A DNA stretch of 64,000 nt from Oscillospiraceae bacterium. GTDB taxonomy: Bacteria; Bacillota; Clostridia; Oscillospirales; UBA644. How positions within the stretch are numbered: the stretch's first letter is position 1; every line of letters starts with the position of its first letter. The notes below the pieces were generated by a model. It searched no databases. It was not told the origin of the DNA and saw only the letters and a list, made by a program, of their open reading frames with translations. A program made the position numbers and the translations under genes. Positions 58,215 through 64,000 of the stretch are shown piece by piece. The DNA is taken from contig CACZQB010000052.1 of NCBI GenBank assembly GCA_902783255.1, positions 41,389 through 105,388 of the forward strand, given 5' to 3'.

Positions 58215-59101
58215 TGCGCATTCTTTTTATGGGTTCGCCTGATTTTGCGGTCGAATCGCTGAAGGCCCTGATCGCCGCGAAATTCGAAATATGCGCCGTT
58301 GTTACTCAGCCCGACAGACCGAAGGGCAGGGGATATGCTTTATACCCCACCGCAACGGGCGCGTTTGCCGAACTGCAGGGTTTTGATGTATATAAACCGG
58401 AAAAACTCAAAAACGGCGAGCTGATGCCGATCCTCGAAAAGTATGTCCCAGATGTTATTGTCGTTGCGGCATACGGTAAAATTCTGCCCGAATATATTCT
58501 GTCTTATCCGAAATACGGCTGCGTGAATGTTCATGCCTCTCTTTTGCCTGCATACAGGGGCGCATCTCCGATCAATTTTGCTATAATCAACGGAGAAAAG
58601 GAAACAGGCATAACTACAATGCTTATGGATAAGGGTCTTGATACGGGCGATATTCTGATGCAGCAGTCCACGCCGATATATAATGAAGACAATGCCGAAA
58701 CTCTTCACGACCGTCTTGCCGTTATCGGAGGCGAGCTTTTATGCAAAACTCTGCACGGACTTGAGGACGGAACCGTTACGCCCGTAAAACAGACGGGAAA
58801 TTTCAGCTATGCTCCTCTGATCACCGCCGAAACAAAAAAAATATCTTTTTCTGATACAAAAGAAAATATAATCAATAAAATAAGAGGATTGAGTCCCGTT
58901 CCGGGCGCGATAGCATACGCGGAAGGAAAAACGGTAAAAATTTATTCGGCGACCGAAGCGGACGGTCCTCATGACGGGTTTCTTACCGTGAAGGCAGCAG
59001 ACGGCTGGGTCCGGATTACCGAGCTTGCGCCGGAAGGGAAAAAAAGAATGTCCGACGAAGCGCTCCTGCGCGGCAACAGAAATTTCCACTTTGACTCTTA
59101 A
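58214..59101 (+). CDS. fmt: Methionyl-tRNA formyltransferase
   Basis: MRILFMGSPDFAV, VVTQPDRPKGRG, NVHASLLP.YRGA.PI. TGATG junction with def. Confidence 0.93.
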   Translation: MRILFMGSPDFAVESLKALIAAKFEICAVVTQPDRPKGRGYALYPTATGAFAELQGFDVYKPEKLKNGELMPILEKYVPDVIVVAAYGKILPEYILSYPKYGCVNVHASLLPAYRGASPINFAIINGEKETGITTMLMDKGLDTGDILMQQSTPIYNEDNAETLHDRLAVIGGELLCKTLHGLEDGTVTPVKQTGNFSYAPLITAETKKISFSDTKENIINKIRGLSPVPGAIAYAEGKTVKIYSATEADGPHDGFLTVKAADGWVRITELAPEGKKRMSDEALLRGNRNFHFDS

Positions 59102-59124
59102 CTAAGCAAAACGGAGGTAAAAAT

Positions 59125-59817
59125 TTGCCTTATTTATATTTTGATACCTGGTATCTTGTGCTCGTTATTCCTGCGGTCATATTGTCGCTTATCGCGTCTG
59201 CATCCGTAAAAAGCACATATTCAAAGTATTCATCCGTTCTTTCCGCAAGAGGAATGACGGGCGGTGAGCTCGCCTCGGAAATACTCAGAAGAGCGGGAAT
59301 TTATGACGTTACCATAACCCACACACAGGGGCAGCTTACAGATAATTACAGCCCTAAAGAAAATATCATCCGTCTTTCCGACGGCGTCTACGACAGTTCC
59401 TCCGTCGCCGCGCTCGGCATAGCCGCGCATGAAGCCGGGCACGTTTTGCAGTATTACGAAAATTACGCGCCCATAAAAATCCGGAATTCTCTTCTTCCCG
59501 TTGTAAATTTCGGATCAGGTCTTTCGATGCCGATTATTATTATCGGGTTTATTTTCAGCAGCAGGCTTCTTGTGAATATCGGTATAGTTCTTTTTTTCTT
59601 TGTTGTTTTGTTTCAGCTTTTAACTTTGCCTGTTGAGTTCAACGCGTCTTCAAGAGCGATGAAACAACTTGAGATGTGCGGCGCGCTGTCAAGCGATGAA
59701 CTTCCGCTTGCAAAAAAAGTTCTGTCCGCCGCAGCAATGACTTATGTCGCTTCCGTTGCCGTGTCTCTGGCTCAGTTTTTACGACTCATTCTTATATCGA
59801 ACGGAAGACGAAGATGA
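59125..59817 (+). CDS. Putative neutral zinc metallopeptidase (membrane, HExxH)
   Basis: TTG start with RBS ggagg. AAHEAGHVLQ zinc motif between hydrophobic helices. Family PF04298-like, from memory. Confidence 0.85.
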   Translation: MPYLYFDTWYLVLVIPAVILSLIASASVKSTYSKYSSVLSARGMTGGELASEILRRAGIYDVTITHTQGQLTDNYSPKENIIRLSDGVYDSSSVAALGIAAHEAGHVLQYYENYAPIKIRNSLLPVVNFGSGLSMPIIIIGFIFSSRLLVNIGIVLFFFVVLFQLLTLPVEFNASSRAMKQLEMCGALSSDELPLAKKVLSAAAMTYVASVAVSLAQFLRLILISNGRRR

Positions 59818-60845
59818 AAATCGACTTATCTTCTCTTAACTTTAACGAGCTCAAGGAATTCGTTTCAGAAAACGGACTGCCCGCATACAGATCTGAACAG
59901 ATCTTCAGGTGGATCGCGAGAGGCGTTTCTTCGTTTGACGAAATGACGGATATTTCAAAATCGCTGCGTGAAACACTCTCCGAAAAATCGTACCTTACAG
60001 TTTTGCAGACAGAAAAAAAACTTGTTTCTTCAGACGGAACGGTAAAATATCTATTTACTCTTGCCGACGGCGAACATATAGAAACTGTTGTGATGAATTA
60101 CGAACACGGAAATTCCGTTTGCATCTCCTCTCAGGTGGGGTGCAGAATGAACTGCGCTTTTTGCGCAAGCTCGCTGAAAGGTCTTAAACGAAATCTTACG
60201 GCAGGTGAAATGCTTGCACAGGTCGCCACAGTAAACAGAGAATACAGCGTTTCGTCGGTAGTTGTTATGGGTATAGGCGAGCCTATGGATAATTACGACA
60301 ATATTCTTGTTTTTCTTGATAATATCAGCAATCCCAAAGGACTGGCAATGAGCCTTCGCCATGTTTCGGTCTCTACATGCGGAGTTGTGCCTAAAATAAA
60401 CGAGCTTGCGAAAAAGAAACTTCAGCTGACGCTTTCAGTTTCATTGCATGCGCCGGATAACGAAACAAGAAATAAAATCATGCCCGTAAACCGCAAGTGG
60501 AACATCGAAACGCTGATTGAAGCATGCCGAAATTACACGGAAGAAACAAAACGCCGCATATCTTTTGAATATACTCTTATAAAAGATGTCAACGATTCTG
60601 TAAATCATGCGGAAACCCTTGCAAATCTTCTGCGCGGAATGCTTGCACACGTTAATCTGATCCCTGTTAATTATGTTATGGAACGCGGCTTTTATCCGTC
60701 TTCGCCAGAAAATATCCGAAGATTTTTCGATACTCTGAAAAGCAGAGGCATTAACGTTACGGTCAGACGCACTCTTGGCAGCGATATCAATGCCGCGTGC
60801 GGTCAGCTCAGGCATAAAACCGAGTCAGGCGGGAAAAACATATAA
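59814..60845 (+). CDS. rlmN: 23S rRNA/tRNA (adenine-C2)-methyltransferase, radical SAM
   Basis: YR..QIF.W, radical SAM cluster GCRMNCAFCAS, MGIGEP, and catalytic DINAACGQL. Confidence 0.93.
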   Translation: MKIDLSSLNFNELKEFVSENGLPAYRSEQIFRWIARGVSSFDEMTDISKSLRETLSEKSYLTVLQTEKKLVSSDGTVKYLFTLADGEHIETVVMNYEHGNSVCISSQVGCRMNCAFCASSLKGLKRNLTAGEMLAQVATVNREYSVSSVVVMGIGEPMDNYDNILVFLDNISNPKGLAMSLRHVSVSTCGVVPKINELAKKKLQLTLSVSLHAPDNETRNKIMPVNRKWNIETLIEACRNYTEETKRRISFEYTLIKDVNDSVNHAETLANLLRGMLAHVNLIPVNYVMERGFYPSSPENIRRFFDTLKSRGINVTVRRTLGSDINAACGQLRHKTESGGKNI

Positions 60846-60919
60846 ACATATAAATCAAACAGCAACATATTATCTTCATACAGAATCAAGCATTATTTTC
60901 TTCATCGGAGGAAACAAAT

Positions 60920-61651
60920 ATGATCATTTTCGGAAAAACCGATGTCGGCAAAGTGCGTCAGACCAATCAGGACGCATATGCCTATACCGAGCTCGGCGGC
61001 GGAAATTTCTGCGCCGTTGTCTGTGACGGTATGGGTGGACATGTGGGCGGCAATGTTGCTTCCGAAACCGCAATAGCGGCATTTCAAAAACAGATAAGTC
61101 TTGCGCAGGAGGCTTCTCTTCAGGAGAGGGATATCGCGCAGCTTCTTGAACTCTGCATTCACAGAGCAAATGAAGCCGTTTTTTCCCGTTCGATAAGCGA
61201 ACCGTCTCTCAGAGGTATGGGCACTACGATTGTAACCGTAATGTCTTATGAAGGACGGAGTTATATCGCCCATGTCGGCGACAGCCGCGCTTATTACTAC
61301 AATGGTGAAAAGATAGTCAGATTAACAAAAGATCATTCTGTTGTTCAGGAAATGATAGATCACGGCGAACTTACCGAAGAAGAAGCAGAGCATCATCCGT
61401 ATAAACATGTGATCACGCGTGTTCTCGGCGTTGATTCCGATGTCTCCGTTGAGGTTGCGCAGATAGAAATTGCATCCCCGGGCAAACTTCTTCTTTGTTC
61501 GGACGGACTTTCAAACATGCTCTCCGACGACGAGCTTGAAGAATTTCTTAAACGTGACGCCGATCCTGCCGCACTTTGCGATGAGCTTATTCTCTGTGCA
61601 AACGAACGTGGCGGTAATGACAACATCACCGCCGTGGTTGTTGCTCTTTAA
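60920..61651 (+). CDS. stp: PP2C-family Ser/Thr phosphatase
   Basis: GKVRQTNQD, VCDGMGGH, GTT, HVGDSR, LCSDGL, GGNDNIT. Confidence 0.9.
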   Translation: MIIFGKTDVGKVRQTNQDAYAYTELGGGNFCAVVCDGMGGHVGGNVASETAIAAFQKQISLAQEASLQERDIAQLLELCIHRANEAVFSRSISEPSLRGMGTTIVTVMSYEGRSYIAHVGDSRAYYYNGEKIVRLTKDHSVVQEMIDHGELTEEEAEHHPYKHVITRVLGVDSDVSVEVAQIEIASPGKLLLCSDGLSNMLSDDELEEFLKRDADPAALCDELILCANERGGNDNITAVVVAL

Positions 61652-61657
61652 TCGGAG

Positions 61658-63475
61658 GTGCCGGTGGATAAGTTGATAAATACCGTATTAGGCGGCAGAT
61701 ACAGAATTCTCGAAACAGTCGGCGTTGGCGGTATGTCGGTAGTTTACAAAGCTGCCGATTCAGTAGAAAGCAGATATGTTGCGATAAAAGTTCTGAAATC
61801 GGAATTTCTCAGCGATGAAAGGTTTCGTCGCCGCTTTCTGAACGAATCACGCGCCATAGCAATGCTTTCGCATCCGAATATCGTTGACGTTTACGATGTT
61901 AATTTCGAGGGCGATATACAATATATCGTAATGGAATATATAGAGGGAAGAACGCTTAAGGAATATATGGAGTTTACCGGCGCAATTCCCGAAAACGAAA
62001 CGATAGGGTATATTAAGCAAACCCTTCGCGCGCTTCGTCATGCCCACGAGCGCGGTATTGTGCACAGAGATATCAAACCGCAGAATATAATGCTGCTTGA
62101 TGACGGAACAATAAAGGTGATGGATTTCGGCATAGCGCATGTTTCCAATTTTGAAACGATTACCATGACCGATACTGCCATAGGCTCCGTTCACTATATC
62201 TCGCCCGAACAAGCAAAGGGCCAGCAGACGGACGAAAAATCAGATATTTATTCAACAGGCGTTATGCTTTATGAAATGGTAACAGGCAAGCTGCCCTTTA
62301 CCGGTGAAACTCCCGTTTCCGTAGCGTTAAAGCAGGTCCAGAGCAATCCTCGCCGTCCTTCAGAGGTCAATCCGAAAGTCTCCAGAGGTATGGAGCAGAT
62401 AATACTCAAAGCAATGAGAAAAGATCCCGAAGAGCGTTATCAGCATGCGAAGGAAATGCTTGTAGATATAAAAATACTCGAAGATAATAAAGACTGGGTA
62501 TTTGATTATCCCGATGGACCGGTCGAAAACACAGGTGAACCGAAAAATACCGAAGTTCACGAAGATCCTGAACCGAAAACAGAGGAACCGAAACCCGAAA
62601 AAGCTCCTTCTGTGCCTGCAAAGAAAAAGAAAAAGAAAAAACAATCTGCAAAAGCAAGGAAATGGCGTCACATAAGGAATGTTTTTCTTTCTGTTTCCGC
62701 AGGAATATTCCTCGGCGTTATTCTTGTGCTTATAGGCGTAGGGGCAATGTTTACGGTCGTTGAACAGCTGAATGATGATCTTATCGAGCTGCCGAGCTTT
62801 GTCGGTCAGGTGGCATCTGAAATAACAACCGATCCCCGATACAGTTCATATTTCGAATTTACTCAGGAATCACGATACGATGATACGATAGGCTCAGGTC
62901 TTGTTGTGGAGCAGACTCCCGAACCGGGAAACTACAGCAAGGGAACTACAGTAAAACTTGTGGTAAGCAACGGCAAGAGAACAGTTATCGTTCCAGATGT
63001 AAAAGGCTGGGAAGAGGCTCAGGCGATCGTTAAGCTTAAGCAGAGCGATCTTCTTTACGAAACTGTTCAGGTTCAGAGCGAAAACGTAGATGAAGGCAAA
63101 GTTATCAGAACAGAACCGTCATCCCAGACCACCGTTCCCGTAGGAACAACTGTCAAAATATATGTTTCGTTCACAACCGAAGCTACTCGTGTGCGTGTTC
63201 CCGGGCTTATTGGCTATAAAGAGGACCTTGCAAGACAGATGCTTCTCAATTCTCAGCTCTATTATTTTTCCGTGAAATACAGATACGATGATTTTGTTGA
63301 GGCGGGATATGTTATATCTCAGAGCATTGATAAAGAAACGATCGTAGACGTAAGCGAAGAGATCATAGTTGTGGTAAGCATGGGCAGCGTTGCCGACGCG
63401 ATCGCAAACGGAACATATAAACCGGAATATAACGATTCTTCCGCGCTTGATGAATATTACGATACGGGCGAGTGA
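61658..63475 (+). CDS. prkC: Ser/Thr protein kinase with three PASTA repeats
   Basis: Hanks kinase motifs (GGMSVVYKA, VAIK, HRDIKPQN, DFGIA, SPEQA), a TM helix, and three PASTA units. The true start may be GTG 61664, 5 nt after ggagg. Confidence 0.92.
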   Translation: MPVDKLINTVLGGRYRILETVGVGGMSVVYKAADSVESRYVAIKVLKSEFLSDERFRRRFLNESRAIAMLSHPNIVDVYDVNFEGDIQYIVMEYIEGRTLKEYMEFTGAIPENETIGYIKQTLRALRHAHERGIVHRDIKPQNIMLLDDGTIKVMDFGIAHVSNFETITMTDTAIGSVHYISPEQAKGQQTDEKSDIYSTGVMLYEMVTGKLPFTGETPVSVALKQVQSNPRRPSEVNPKVSRGMEQIILKAMRKDPEERYQHAKEMLVDIKILEDNKDWVFDYPDGPVENTGEPKNTEVHEDPEPKTEEPKPEKAPSVPAKKKKKKKQSAKARKWRHIRNVFLSVSAGIFLGVILVLIGVGAMFTVVEQLNDDLIELPSFVGQVASEITTDPRYSSYFEFTQESRYDDTIGSGLVVEQTPEPGNYSKGTTVKLVVSNGKRTVIVPDVKGWEEAQAIVKLKQSDLLYETVQVQSENVDEGKVIRTEPSSQTTVPVGTTVKIYVSFTTEATRVRVPGLIGYKEDLARQMLLNSQLYYFSVKYRYDDFVEAGYVISQSIDKETIVDVSEEIIVVVSMGSVADAIANGTYKPEYNDSSALDEYYDTGE

Positions 63476-63476
63476 T

Positions 63477-64000
63477 ATGATCGGAACGATTTACGAATGC
63501 GTCGGCGGGGTTTATACCGTAAAAACCGATGACGGCACTGTAAACTGCACGGCAAGAGGACTGTTCAGAAAAGACGATACTCTTATTTTTACAGGCGACA
63601 GGGTCAATGTGGAAGACGGAGTGATCACCGAAATCTTTCCGAGAAAAAACTCTCTCACCAGACCTCCGGTTGCGAATATAGATAAGCTTTTTCTCGTTGT
63701 TGCGGTATCTTCGCCCGATCCGAATCTTTACAATATAGATAAAATGCTCGCAGTCGCCGAATATCACGGCATACAGCCGGTAATAGTTCTCAGTAAGTCA
63801 GATTTAAACGATGTTTTCGGACTTTACGATATTTACGGCAGTCTTCCGTATAAGATTTATACTGTTTCTCAGGATTCCGAAAATGATATCGATAAAATAC
63901 GCGATGAAATAAGCGGCTGTGTATGCGTAATGAGCGGAATTTCGGGAGTAGGCAAATCAACGTTGCTCAACAGACTTTCCCCCGGCTTATCCCTGAAAAC
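63477..64000 (+). CDS. rsgA: Ribosome small-subunit-dependent GTPase A (5' part; continues off the right edge)
   Basis: ATG lies 1 nt after the prkC stop. OB-fold opening G.V....GG.Y.V, NID..F.V circularly permuted GTPase order, and GISGVGKSTLLN Walker A at the window end. Confidence 0.85.
   Translation, partial: MIGTIYECVGGVYTVKTDDGTVNCTARGLFRKDDTLIFTGDRVNVEDGVITEIFPRKNSLTRPPVANIDKLFLVVAVSSPDPNLYNIDKMLAVAEYHGIQPVIVLSKSDLNDVFGLYDIYGSLPYKIYTVSQDSENDIDKIRDEISGCVCVMSGISGVGKSTLLNRLSPGLSLK

Noticed and set aside
62614-62650. A poly-lysine run (AKKKKKKKQSAKARK) encoded by an A-rich tract in prkC. I considered a slippery or frameshift-prone site.
   Set aside because: It lies at the juxtamembrane linker, where basic stretches are normal for PASTA kinases, and the reading frame is intact on both sides.

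Overview
Best read as a chromosomal segment from a low-to-moderate GC Gram-positive anaerobe. The evidence is Clostridia/Bacilli-type gene order (yicC-remA-rpoZ-priA-def-fmt-rlmN-stp-prkC-rsgA) and many near-consensus sigma-A promoters of the form TTGACA-17-TATAAT. Layout: (i) 1-18 kb is a glycan-foraging accessory stretch with four paralogous orphan solute-binding-like lipoproteins, a GH2 beta-galactosidase, a GH29 fucosidase coupled to a small radical-SAM/SPASM gene, stand-alone araD, a Sir2 deacylase, a GDPD/VOC/esterase trio and an orphan EIIC-like permease. (ii) 18.2-22.6 kb is a tightly coupled CotH kinase / VTC tunnel-domain / DUF4956 membrane-protein operon, my top candidate for an uncharacterised system. 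(iii) 22.7-32.4 kb is a complete arginine operon, argG-[ACT/UPF0210 pair]-argH-argC-argJ-argB-argD-argF, behind a promoter overlapped by tandem ARG boxes. (iv) Next come tex, an amidohydrolase and a Cys-ladder repeat protein. (v) The potABC...potD polyamine uptake operon is split by an independently promoted ABC exporter with an unusual N-terminal domain plus a small partner gene. (vi) GTP-PEPCK is followed by a roughly 2.9 kb GC-rich, CTG-codon-rich cassette (XRE/TPR regulator, apparently broken, plus an ABC exporter) flanked by a 10-bp direct repeat. (vii) After that are a MATE exporter, a GAF protein, a second Fe-S aldo/keto reductase, and two zinc-ribbon membrane proteins. (viii) The window ends in the conserved yicC-to-rsgA housekeeping cluster. 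I found no rRNA, tRNA, CRISPR array, IS element, integrase or recognisable defence gene. All functional calls rest on motif and family recognition by eye; no database search was possible.
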